Virus record (IMG/VR): IMGVR_UViG_3300047491_000255
Coordinates: 32,001-96,000 of that record
Direction: 5' to 3' (one strand)
Source of the DNA: a virus
Lineage: Duplodnaviria; Caudoviricetes
Length of the DNA: 64,000 nucleotides
The number at the start of each line of letters is the position of its first letter. Position 1 is the stretch's first letter. Shown piece after piece: positions 47,049 through 56,700 of this stretch. A program made the translations under genes and the position numbers. The notes beneath the pieces are model-generated. The model worked only from the letters and a program-made list of their open reading frames with translations, ran no database searches and was not told the DNA's origin.

Positions 47049-48043
47049 ACCAATCTCCCTGCAATTTTCCACAAACGATCTTCGCGCATGCGCCGGGCAA
47101 TCTCAGCCTGAGCCACCCTCAATACAATCATCCCGCTCTTGTCTGCCACGCGCAACTTAAAAATGTCTTCCATCGCAATATGCAGCTTCTCAGTCGGGAA
47201 TTCCAAGATGTTGGATGCAAACTTAGGAAGTTCGCTCACGTAATGATTTAGAACTGCTCCGTAGAAGGCGGGACGCTCAACCCATGACGCCTCGATGAAC
47301 TTCACCGACTTGGGATCCCCAACCCTCTTCCCATACTTATCAACAATCGTGCGTCCGCATAACTCTGCTACAACACGTTCAACACCCTGTTTGTCTATGA
47401 ACTTCGCCAACAACTCATGGTCAAGGTGACGACAATTCGGGGTATTGTCCCCCATGACCTTGCCGCAACGGGAGCATGTCACCCAGTCCGCCAAGCAGCC
47501 CATGCTCATTGTTGTCAGTTCGCCACTGGCAATCTTCTTGACGAGCCGGTCATGCTTGCGATCCGTTGCGACAAGGATGTCGCAATAGAAGATATTCGCC
47601 GTCCGACCTTCCTTGTCGATATAAGTCAGTGGACGAAGCACCGCATCCAACAACTTGCCCTTGGATAACTCAGGAACCTGAACGTGTTCGAGATAGTTTT
47701 CACCACCGACAAAAGTTCTGAACGTAGCCAGCAATACTTCATTGGTCCAAGCATTACCATTATTATTCACCAATTCATTACATGCCGGCTTGATGAGATA
47801 ACCATTATCTTCTGTCTCTACCGAGGCGACAATGGTAACATGAGTAAATAAATACTTGTCTGCGGAGAACTTACTCCAGTCTACTTCCAAGTTCCTAGCG
47901 ACTCGCATCCGCCCACAACCAGATGCAAGACGACTCCACTCCTGACGAGGGTTCATCAGGACAGTGGCAATAGGCATATCGAGAGACACTGATCGTGCTC
48001 CCGCCGCCGCCAAACAACTATCGCCCGTGCATCTTCTGTTCAT
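47045..48043 (-). CDS. Putative prohead (capsid maturation) protease
   Basis: NNNGNAW, FVGGENYLEH, KGKLLDA, TMSMGC, Zn-finger insert CSRC...CRH, FIEASWVERPA; upstream of scaffold and capsid. Confidence 0.75.
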   Translation of the reverse strand: MNRRCTGDSCLAAAGARSVSLDMPIATVLMNPRQEWSRLASGCGRMRVARNLEVDWSKFSADKYLFTHVTIVASVETEDNGYLIKPACNELVNNNGNAWTNEVLLATFRTFVGGENYLEHVQVPELSKGKLLDAVLRPLTYIDKEGRTANIFYCDILVATDRKHDRLVKKIASGELTTMSMGCLADWVTCSRCGKVMGDNTPNCRHLDHELLAKFIDKQGVERVVAELCGRTIVDKYGKRVGDPKSVKFIEASWVERPAFYGAVLNHYVSELPKFASNILEFPTEKLHIAMEDIFKLRVADKSGMIVLRVAQAEIARRMREDRLWKIAGRLV

Positions 48044-48789
48044 TTCTTGAATGCCTTTAAGTCGGGGTGAGTGCCATTCTCCGTCATCTGCTTCCACTTC
48101 TCAATATCCGCTCCGAAAGCTCCCGGATGAGTGCTCTTCACCCCCATTTCATGTCTCATCTGATGGTACGAATACGAATACTCGGCCATCTCACGTATAG
48201 GCTTATCCGCGTACTCACGAGCCATTTGTCTCGATGTCTCGCTCGCTTCATCCATCCACTTCTTGTCCTTGACAGTCTTCTGTCCCCATGCCTTCTGAGC
48301 CTTGGCCATCTCAACACAGGCTCCCCAAGCCTTCTCGTTAGTCGGCTTGCCTCCGATACTATCGGGAGCCTTCAACTCATCACTCTTCTTTGTCTCATAT
48401 TTCTTGGCAGGAGAATCTTTCTTATCAGTCTTCACAACCTTATGATTAGATCGATTTGCGTCAGGATGCTCTTTCATGTACTTGTCAAAAGCGTCTTGGG
48501 TAGGGAAGTCCATACCGAGGACTTCCTTAGCAAGAAAAAGCAACTCTTTTGCTAATTTGCTGTTGTCCATTCCACTTCTCCACTTCTTGAACTGTTCGAT
48601 CTCTACTTCTTCAAGAGACACCTTCCGTCCAACCTTACGCTCCAGAGTCGCCCATTCCCGCATGATCTGACGGTAACGCATCTGAACCTGTGCTTTGGAG
48701 ATTTCTCCATCACAATGCAAATTCTCTGGGCTTAGACGATTTGCCAGCCCAAAGAACTGCTTCATGATGTTTTGATGACTTTCTGCCAT
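48040..48789 (-). CDS. Multi-module hypothetical protein
   Basis: LSPENLHCDGE module plus MDFPTQDAFDKYMKEHP module. Confidence 0.7.
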   Translation of the reverse strand: MAESHQNIMKQFFGLANRLSPENLHCDGEISKAQVQMRYRQIMREWATLERKVGRKVSLEEVEIEQFKKWRSGMDNSKLAKELLFLAKEVLGMDFPTQDAFDKYMKEHPDANRSNHKVVKTDKKDSPAKKYETKKSDELKAPDSIGGKPTNEKAWGACVEMAKAQKAWGQKTVKDKKWMDEASETSRQMAREYADKPIREMAEYSYSYHQMRHEMGVKSTHPGAFGADIEKWKQMTENGTHPDLKAFKK

Positions 48790-49408
48790 GACTTCTCCAA
48801 TTTCCTGAATTAGCTGCCGCTACTCTTCAAACGATCCTCGATGTGCTTCCGAGTCTCCGGGCTTAACGAGTTCCACTTGACTGGCTTGCCAAGATGACTC
48901 CCCTCTTTGCCCTCACCCCATTGAGAAACTCCACGCCCACCCTCACTTAAAGTCAGCATTGGAACCGAACCCTTGCTCACAGACGATTCCCAATCTTTGC
49001 CCTCTACGACAACCGCATACCTATCCAAAGTATCTCCACCACCATCGTAAACCCTGATCTTGGTATCATCCTTGTCGCCTTTGGACATCTTCCCGAAACT
49101 GTGAGTATGCTCTGATTTTGGAATTGACGTTTGCTTGGGAGCATCATTCATCTGATTGAATTTGACAATCTCATCGTTCGTCAAATCATTCGGGTCTTTC
49201 TTGTAGTGCTTCCCTATCTCCTTCATCTTCTGCTTATTCTTGCGCCGCTGCATCAAATTCATCGGATGAGTCTCAGGCTTGCCAGAATTAGTCTTCACAA
49301 CTTTGTGATGGCTCCTGTTAGCGTCAGGATGCTCTTTCATGTACTTGTCAAAAGCGTCTTGGGTAGGGAAGTCCATACCGAGGACTTCCTTAGCAAGAAA
49401 AAGCAACT
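48458..49408. repeat. 88-bp identical direct repeat (48458-48545 and 49321-49408)
   Basis: Both copies encode LLFLAKEVLGMDFPTQDAFDKYMKEHPDA. Confidence 0.92.
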
Positions 49409-49817
49409 GTGAAGCTATCTTGCTCGTATTCATAGTTGTCCTCACTGATGCTTCACGGTAATTCACCAAGGATATGAAAGCATTCGCTATCGAATCCACA
49501 ATGGCCTTCGCGTCGAATGGCTGCCGATCCTGAACCGGGACTGGATGTCGGGCAGGCCCGAAGTGAGCATCCACCAGAACCTTGCCGGGGTAGTAACTCC
49601 CCTCGTAAAGTTCGATTTCCAATGGAATCGAATGAAGCATGTCCAAAACGAATTTCGGAGCCCTGATTCTTCCACCAGACGCCACAGCCCGCCCACCCCG
49701 CCTACTGATCTCTCGAACAACCTGCGGAATGAGTTTCTTGATGTCGTCGGAAAGAAACCAGTCCTCGCCCGCCACGAATCTTCGCGCCACTCGTTCGGCA
49801 ATACGCTTCTCGTTCAT
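48810..49817 (-). CDS. Multi-module hypothetical protein
   Basis: Start re-set to MNEKRIAERV; modules include DFPTQDA and YDGGGDTLDRY...HLGK. Confidence 0.7.
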   Translation of the reverse strand: MNEKRIAERVARRFVAGEDWFLSDDIKKLIPQVVREISRRGGRAVASGGRIRAPKFVLDMLHSIPLEIELYEGSYYPGKVLVDAHFGPARHPVPVQDRQPFDAKAIVDSIANAFISLVNYREASVRTTMNTSKIASQLLFLAKEVLGMDFPTQDAFDKYMKEHPDANRSHHKVVKTNSGKPETHPMNLMQRRKNKQKMKEIGKHYKKDPNDLTNDEIVKFNQMNDAPKQTSIPKSEHTHSFGKMSKGDKDDTKIRVYDGGGDTLDRYAVVVEGKDWESSVSKGSVPMLTLSEGGRGVSQWGEGKEGSHLGKPVKWNSLSPETRKHIEDRLKSSGS

Positions 49818-49896
49818 CGTTCTTATATCCCTTGTATGATGAAGGGCTGGCGGGCGACGGTGATCGCCCTCGGAAACCAGCCCTCGGGAACCGATC

Positions 49897-50151
49897 TTAC
49901 GAATGATTGACGGTTGGCGGACGATAAGCACCCTTGTTGCGCTTCGTGCTTGTCACCCCACCAAGGGCAACATTCTTGCCGACGAACTCGTTCGTGTCTT
50001 CCACCACTGTCGGCTGCTTCTGCCCGCCAACAGAGTTGAAGTTCGTAACCCGAGCCGGAGTCGCAACCTTGTTCTTCCCAAGGAACGTGATTGCCTCGTC
50101 CTCACGAACTCGACCAGCCGTAACTGTCTGATATGCCTTCGAATATACCAT
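49897..50151 (-). CDS. Hypothetical protein
   Basis: 84 aa, AGGAGG RBS. Confidence 0.65.
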   Translation of the reverse strand: MVYSKAYQTVTAGRVREDEAITFLGKNKVATPARVTNFNSVGGQKQPTVVEDTNEFVGKNVALGGVTSTKRNKGAYRPPTVNHS

Positions 50152-50197
50152 CTTCCTACCCTCCTTTTTCTTCCAAAGTTGGAAGATTTTTGTTTCC

Positions 50198-50569
50198 TTA
50201 TACCACCGTCACATCAGATGACGATCTCGCACCTTGCGATCCAAACCTTCTATTATTCGTTGCCGTTACAAGGGCTTCAATCGCAAGTCTCTCGCCGTTA
50301 TCCTGCACCTGAATCTTCATCATGTCCCGACCGATGACCTCGATCTGCCTTCCAAGAACTTGAGGATTGTCACTAGTGACCAATCCTTGCATCTCCTCAG
50401 AGTTGCCCAAGAAGTTGTTCTTGAGCCACGGTCTGCGAGAATACACGTAGGTGTAGAACAGTTCACATGCCGTCAACTCAGCAGAAGGATTCACCGCCGG
50501 ATTGAGACGAAGCGAACGTGCGATTGAAATTACCCATTGTGCGTATTCCCAGTTGTTGATACCTATCAT
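50198..50569 (-). CDS. Hypothetical protein, paralog of 25147..25578
   Basis: Shared motifs; AGGAG RBS. Confidence 0.75.
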   Translation of the reverse strand: MIGINNWEYAQWVISIARSLRLNPAVNPSAELTACELFYTYVYSRRPWLKNNFLGNSEEMQGLVTSDNPQVLGRQIEVIGRDMMKIQVQDNGERLAIEALVTATNNRRFGSQGARSSSDVTVV

Positions 50570-50604
50570 AATGCGTCTCCTTTTCTAAGTTGCAAACTGA
50601 TTAC

Positions 50605-52908
50605 TTAACCTCTCCTGATCCTTCTCTGAAGCTCTTTCTTGATCGCCTTTGCCGTCTCGCCCTTATACGCGGCTGCGTTGGACAAGAAATATGCGACGAC
50701 GGATATTCCAGAATCCTGTCCATACATATCACTCACGTTCTGCAACGATGACATGGCCTCCAGATATGGCTTGGCTCCATAATTGACGTTCTTCCAATCT
50801 GTGTAGATTAGAGAAGCGATCTGACTCAACGTCATTCTGGGAAGGTCTGCCAAATCCTTCGAGTCAACATAAGCGAATCTGCCACGCCGAGTCAACATAA
50901 CATCACCTGCTTTCCTTTTTCCACTTTCTGCCTGATCAATCCACTTCTTCGCCATTTCAACACTGGCTGGCACTTCTCCAAACGCCCGATGTCCAGACGA
51001 ATCTTTAACAAAGAAGTTGTCGCCAGACTTTTCGATGGTATAGCCCTTGTATTTCTGACCACTCGCTATAACTGCCTCACCTTGCGCTTCCTGACCAGAT
51101 TCGTTCTTTGTGGTTACGTCCACCTCGACGCCATCGGGAACCTTGACTTCGATTTTGGTGACAGCCTTGCTAGTCGGAACCTTGAATCCGCAGGTCGGGC
51201 AAGTCAAAAGCTTGTCTGAGCGAGTGAACTTCTCCTTGTTCATCTCTACACGGCACTTAGGACAGGTCGCAGAGCCACTCTCTTGCTCTTGCTGCGTCAG
51301 CCTAAAGGTTCTATCAGGGGCGCACCAATACATCGACCTGCGTGACCGCTGAATGTCACTCATGCTCATCTCGCCAGTCGCCTTGATAGAAGAAGCACTC
51401 TGCCCCCTACGATGACACAATCCCCGCCGAATCAGTTGCTCGGCTACCCGACCATAACTGCCCTGCAGATGATGAATAGTCCCTGAATCAATCAACTCCT
51501 GAAAGAACTCGACGATCTCGTTCTGATCCATCCCTCCATCCTCATACTGCATGATCTTCTTTACCAAATCAGAATTCAATGCCGTGCGAGAAACTGAAGA
51601 AATTTTTTCAATTTCTTCCTCGACAGTTCTCTGTGCAGAAGGCTCATTGCCAGAAGTTGCCTTCCTCAAAAACAGATTCATTTCACACTCTGGGCAACTA
51701 GAAGTGCTCGACTCAAAGGCAAGCTCCTTCAATCCAGCCTTGATGCTTGCAACACGAGGATTCACATCAGCGAATTCATTGGCCTCATCATACAGTTGAT
51801 ACGCCAAGTCCTTCATCACAGATGTTCCACCAGATACAGGAACATACAACCCATGCGTATCCGGCTCCCCACAAAACTGATCCATAGGAGGATTCGTTGC
51901 CATTCTTGCCGATGTCTCTTTATATCCTTTCCTCTTCAATTCTTTCCCACCACTAGCCGTCTTGGCAATAGGACTCCGATCCCGCAAGTCGGTATCGATC
52001 ATCAGCAAGCCACTTCCGGTGTCTGCCAGTTGCACCTTCTGATGCAGAGTCAGAGCAGCATCCTCTTCCTCGATCTGCTCGCTCAGGAAGTCCATAACCA
52101 GCTTACTAGTCGCCGGGTTATCCTGTTGCTTTGCCAACTGTCCAATTCTATTCCAGTCCTGAGTCACGCCCATCTCATGATCCAACACAAGACGTGTCAG
52201 ATCGATGATTTCCATTCCAGCATCCAGAACAGGTCCGGGAATAGTTGGCAGCACAAGCGTTGAACCCGTGTCCACGAGATAGTTATAGACCTTCATGGCA
52301 TGGTCAATCTCGTCATCTCCCTGACTCTCAAACCAGTTCTGGAACCCCACAAGACCCTTGCTCTGACAGATTGCGGCAATCATGTAGTAAAGATATGACG
52401 AATAGAACTCTGCTCCGACCTGCCGATTCAACAAAACTTCCATGTCCTCTGGAACAAAATCGGTCTGGGCTGCTGAGTCAGCCGACTCTTCCACTACTTC
52501 GACGCCGATTTCTGGCACATCAACGATGTCAGAAACGTCTGCCCGCATACGACGACCTAGATCAGAACCGCTCTTACGAACTCCAACGCCTTCTTGCAGC
52601 TTTCTGCGCCTCTCTTCTTCACGCTTCTGAGATTCTGTTTTGATAGGCATAAATGATGATGTTTTGGCAGCATCTTTGTTCCCACCGAAAAACGGCATAG
52701 GCATGATCTCGTCGGGATCGTGTTGGCTTTCTGGACCACCACCCCACGCAACTGTAATCTTATTCGTCTTGGTATCAACGTCCCTGACAACGCCAGTAAA
52801 CATTTGGTCTGTAACCACTACTGGCTTGACCACGTCGCCTGGCTTATACATCAGAATCGCATCACCGTAAATCGTGCCATTCAAAAGACTACTACGTCTG
52901 CTTTTCAT
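50605..52908 (-). CDS. Multi-domain protein containing a ferritin domain and zinc ribbons
   Basis: LNRQVGAEFYSSYLY...GFQNWF...DEIDHAMK...DHE..VT...FLSEQIEEE ferroxidase-type pattern; CPKC/CPTC ribbon; further small domains. Confidence 0.85.
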   Translation of the reverse strand: MKSRRSSLLNGTIYGDAILMYKPGDVVKPVVVTDQMFTGVVRDVDTKTNKITVAWGGGPESQHDPDEIMPMPFFGGNKDAAKTSSFMPIKTESQKREEERRRKLQEGVGVRKSGSDLGRRMRADVSDIVDVPEIGVEVVEESADSAAQTDFVPEDMEVLLNRQVGAEFYSSYLYYMIAAICQSKGLVGFQNWFESQGDDEIDHAMKVYNYLVDTGSTLVLPTIPGPVLDAGMEIIDLTRLVLDHEMGVTQDWNRIGQLAKQQDNPATSKLVMDFLSEQIEEEDAALTLHQKVQLADTGSGLLMIDTDLRDRSPIAKTASGGKELKRKGYKETSARMATNPPMDQFCGEPDTHGLYVPVSGGTSVMKDLAYQLYDEANEFADVNPRVASIKAGLKELAFESSTSSCPECEMNLFLRKATSGNEPSAQRTVEEEIEKISSVSRTALNSDLVKKIMQYEDGGMDQNEIVEFFQELIDSGTIHHLQGSYGRVAEQLIRRGLCHRRGQSASSIKATGEMSMSDIQRSRRSMYWCAPDRTFRLTQQEQESGSATCPKCRVEMNKEKFTRSDKLLTCPTCGFKVPTSKAVTKIEVKVPDGVEVDVTTKNESGQEAQGEAVIASGQKYKGYTIEKSGDNFFVKDSSGHRAFGEVPASVEMAKKWIDQAESGKRKAGDVMLTRRGRFAYVDSKDLADLPRMTLSQIASLIYTDWKNVNYGAKPYLEAMSSLQNVSDMYGQDSGISVVAYFLSNAAAYKGETAKAIKKELQRRIRRG

Positions 52909-52973
52909 ATCGAGCCCTCCACTTGTGTACATAATATAAAGAAAAAATCACAATAACTACCATCTGAATCGTC

Positions 52974-53378
52974 TTAGAATTCTATAGGCCACATAGGTCT
53001 AAATCGCCTATCAGTCAAAGCGACCTTCTTGATGTTCCCTATGACAAAACCCTTGATGTGTTTGTCATCCATATCATAGGCAAAAAGCAGCTTCTTAATT
53101 CCAGACTTCAACCTTCTATATCTCAGACTATAGGGGCAAACAATATACCTCTTCGTTTCCCCGGTTGTTTCCTTCTTGTAGATGATGATGATCTGAACCA
53201 CCCTCAATGCTGCCTCTCGAATCGCCATCCGAGTATTTCTCAAGGCATACAGAGTCCCATAAGCGGGAGTCTTCCCGACCCTCTTAGGTTTCCTTTTGGG
53301 TGCCTTCTTTTCCTGTTCGGAGATAAAAGTCAGCCGACTAATATCATTCTTTAGTGCTTCTGCAAAAGAAAGTGGCAT
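52974..53378 (-). CDS. WYL-like domain protein
   Basis: IIIYKK..GETKRYIVCPYSL...LFAYD....IKGF...NI pattern. Confidence 0.65.
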   Translation of the reverse strand: MPLSFAEALKNDISRLTFISEQEKKAPKRKPKRVGKTPAYGTLYALRNTRMAIREAALRVVQIIIIYKKETTGETKRYIVCPYSLRYRRLKSGIKKLLFAYDMDDKHIKGFVIGNIKKVALTDRRFRPMWPIEF

Positions 53379-53379
53379 T

Positions 53380-53697
53380 TTATGGCTCCCTGTTTGATGC
53401 CGTCACCGCATCCGTTAATCCACATCTATCTGCCTCAGAGCCGGTTCCGTGGATATAAATATAGTCTGCCTCGTCCAAATCGTCTTCAGTTGGTGTGGTC
53501 TTGACTTGATCTGCCATGTTATTAGACCATGAAGCACACTGAATTCCATTATGATCGTCAATCGTCCTAGCCTCGACTCCATATCTTGCAAGCCAATACA
53601 TTCCAGGACAATAGGTGCGATGAACACAAGATTTACATCCCTGACCTACTGGTCTTTTAACAGCACCCATTGATGGATACGAAAATGAGAAAGCCAC
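53380..53697 (-). CDS. Cys-rich hypothetical protein
   Basis: CKSCVH...C; AGAGGT RBS, GTG start. Confidence 0.65.
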   Translation of the reverse strand: MAFSFSYPSMGAVKRPVGQGCKSCVHRTYCPGMYWLARYGVEARTIDDHNGIQCASWSNNMADQVKTTPTEDDLDEADYIYIHGTGSEADRCGLTDAVTASNREP

Positions 53698-53713
53698 ATC
53701 TTACCTCTTTTGA

Positions 53714-56700
53714 CTAATCAACAATTCGTCCAGACCACCAGTTATCCGCACCACTCCCTAGCATGACTTGTCCGGCTTTATCCGATGTTACAAATACCTC
53801 ATAAAAATCAGAAGCGGTCGTTGTCATATCTACATAGTTGTACGGCATTGCCCAGTCATCGTTGTTGCTGGATACATATCTGGTTGCCATTGTGCTCTTC
53901 AAACTCCCGTTCTTATACAGTTTGATCTGGAAAAGCACTGGCTGGCTCGCACCATTCACGCTCATAGCACCATCAATCCTTACCATGACGTTTGAAACGC
54001 CGGGTATCCATCTTGCAATAGTGGATGAGTTAGAGTATGTTCCTCCGAAATTGAATACGACATTAGTATACAGAACTTGTGCTGTGGCGCTTCCAAAAGT
54101 TTGATTGGCTGTTACACCAACATTCGCCAAGAACTTTCGACTAGGAGTCGATGCTGTGTTCCATACGTTTGACCTGTCCTCAAGTCCTTTAATCCTGTTG
54201 GTGGATAAATTGATCTGAGTCTGAACATTTGTGTTGATGATGTTCTGATTGATGACAATGGTTGCCTCTGCCACGATTGCCCTATTAGTTTCAGCCGTGA
54301 TACGAGAACCAAGATTTGTGTTCACTGTGTTCAAGTTGGAAGTCAATACACCTTCAGCCACGATTGCCCTATTAGTTTCAGATATGACTTGTGCTTGGAG
54401 GTTGGTATCACCTGCAACCCTATTGGAAATCTCTGTTCTGAGCTCAGTTGATGATGCATAAACTCCTGTCAAAGGTCCAGTAAGTACAATACGAGTTAAG
54501 TAGCCATCCTGAGAAAGAGCCCTGATTGTGTCTCCTGCCCAACCAGAAATAAGACGGGTACGAAATAACATGATTCTATTTTCATCATTTATCATAACAT
54601 CATTGGTAACAGAAATACCAAGATCGTATGAGTGGATAGACCGATCTCTCATGATATGAACTAACTCACCATCAAATCTCTGAACAAGAGTTGTCTGGTC
54701 ACTCTCATAGATGTAAAGTGTTCCTTGGATAACGCAGTCGTTTGTGCTTGTCGTCTCTAGGTTGTTGTGGATATAAACCATACCCTTTGTCAATGTTCTT
54801 GGACTCTCATTGGTGGAAACGCTTAACCCACCAAGGAACTGACCATTCGTAACACTAAGGTAGGTGTTGGTTCTTACGGACTCAGCCGAAGGGCTGGCAA
54901 TCTGAGCTAAACGGGAGATTGGGTTAGTGTAAGGTCCAGTAAGGCTTCCCCAAACGTAGTAGGTAATAGTCTGTGCGACAAGCTGTTCCTTTGTAAGTCC
55001 ACCAACGGTAAGGGCATTAACGGTATTGGTGTTGCTTGATGACCATGCAACGGTTGACGATGAAAGGAAGTCAGCTTCCCATATCTGTATGCTCAACAAT
55101 CCGTTAGTAGATGACGTATGAACCCAACCAACAAGCTGTTTAATCCCTGTCGTAGGGGCGACGTTAGTAAGCACGCCATCAGATACCGCACTCACATACA
55201 GATTGTCGCCAGAAGCGAATGGGGCTGTATTGAAATAGGATTCTGTACGTCCGTAGAACATGACACGACCAACACCGCCGTTTGTGATTCCTCCCTGTTG
55301 GACAACGATACCCGAACAAGGCATCTTGGCTGGGTCACTTGCATTACACCTTCCGACTATAGGAGTAGCCATAGGAGATAGTCCAGACATACGGTAAACA
55401 GGTGTTCCAACAGGCATTGTAGTTCCGCTACTGTTGTATCCATTAAACACTGAGTCTCTGCCAATACGCAACTTGTTGCCGCTTGAGTCCTTGAAGTAAG
55501 GTTGTTCTAGTCCGGCATAGGGACTAGCGTATATCTTGACATGTCCAGATTGAGGATTAACACCTGTGTCAACCGCAGACAAGTCAAGTCCACCACCAAG
55601 TAGAAGATCACCAGATGCGTGTTGAATCACATAACCCAAAACACCAGCAGAGCCATCACTCGTATAGCGCTGTGGATAAGCCGTAGCGAATTTACCCAAC
55701 TGCGAATTCACTACATCAGCCTTGTCAGAAGCTGTTGCCGATGAACCATAGTATAGATGGTCAACTTTAATATTAGGAACGATAATAGTGCTGCTGTGTA
55801 AATTAACATGAGAGGTTGAAACACTTCCAGTAGAGCTGACAGCGATAACTTCACAATCGTTTGTGGCTGAAAGATTCACGTCAATAACACTTGAATCGAT
55901 GTATGACTCGGACGATGCTTGCTTGTGGGCCACAGTAATAATCTTGTTCACATGGTTTGTGCTGTCAGCCAAATGCATAATGGTAGCATCGTTCTTGGAA
56001 GCAAAGAAGCTTTCAGTTGTGGCGTTACAGTAAACCATCATCACCGTATCATTCAAGTCAGCAATACGCATTACATGGCTTGATGAGAAGGCGTTAATGA
56101 GGTACTTGCCCACATTAGCTCCATCGGTTGTAAGATAATACAAACAAGATGGCTTCTGGGATGCAATATCCGCTGAAATCAACTCAATCCAACAGCTTGC
56201 GTACAGCTCTGCGTTTCCACGGCTAATCTGAACTACACTCTTGACAGCAACATCAACTGTATAAGTGGAGTACAAGGCACAAGAACGTAATCCAATATAA
56301 GACGCATCTGAGCCAGCATTTATCACACATGCAGGCGCATTGGTCATTGTAACCGTAATGATCTGAAGTTCCGTACCTTTGGTATCAACGTATGTGGCTG
56401 GCCAAGAAACCTGACCTTCGATAATTGTTGCCTCTATATCCAGACCACGTAAAGAGATAAAAGGCTTCATTGTCACGTTCTCTTTGTAAGTTCCGATACT
56501 ACAAAGAACCAAGAAACGTCTTGTATCAGATGCTACGACGGCACAAGCGTTGATCGCAGCCTGAATTGTCTTGAATGGCAGACTTCCCTTCTCGATCCTT
56601 CCGGTTACATCATCGCCATTCACAGGATCAACATAGGCCGTCCCGGTGCTTGCCTTGTTCCTTATCGAATCTACATAGCCCTTGCTTGCACCCTGATCAT

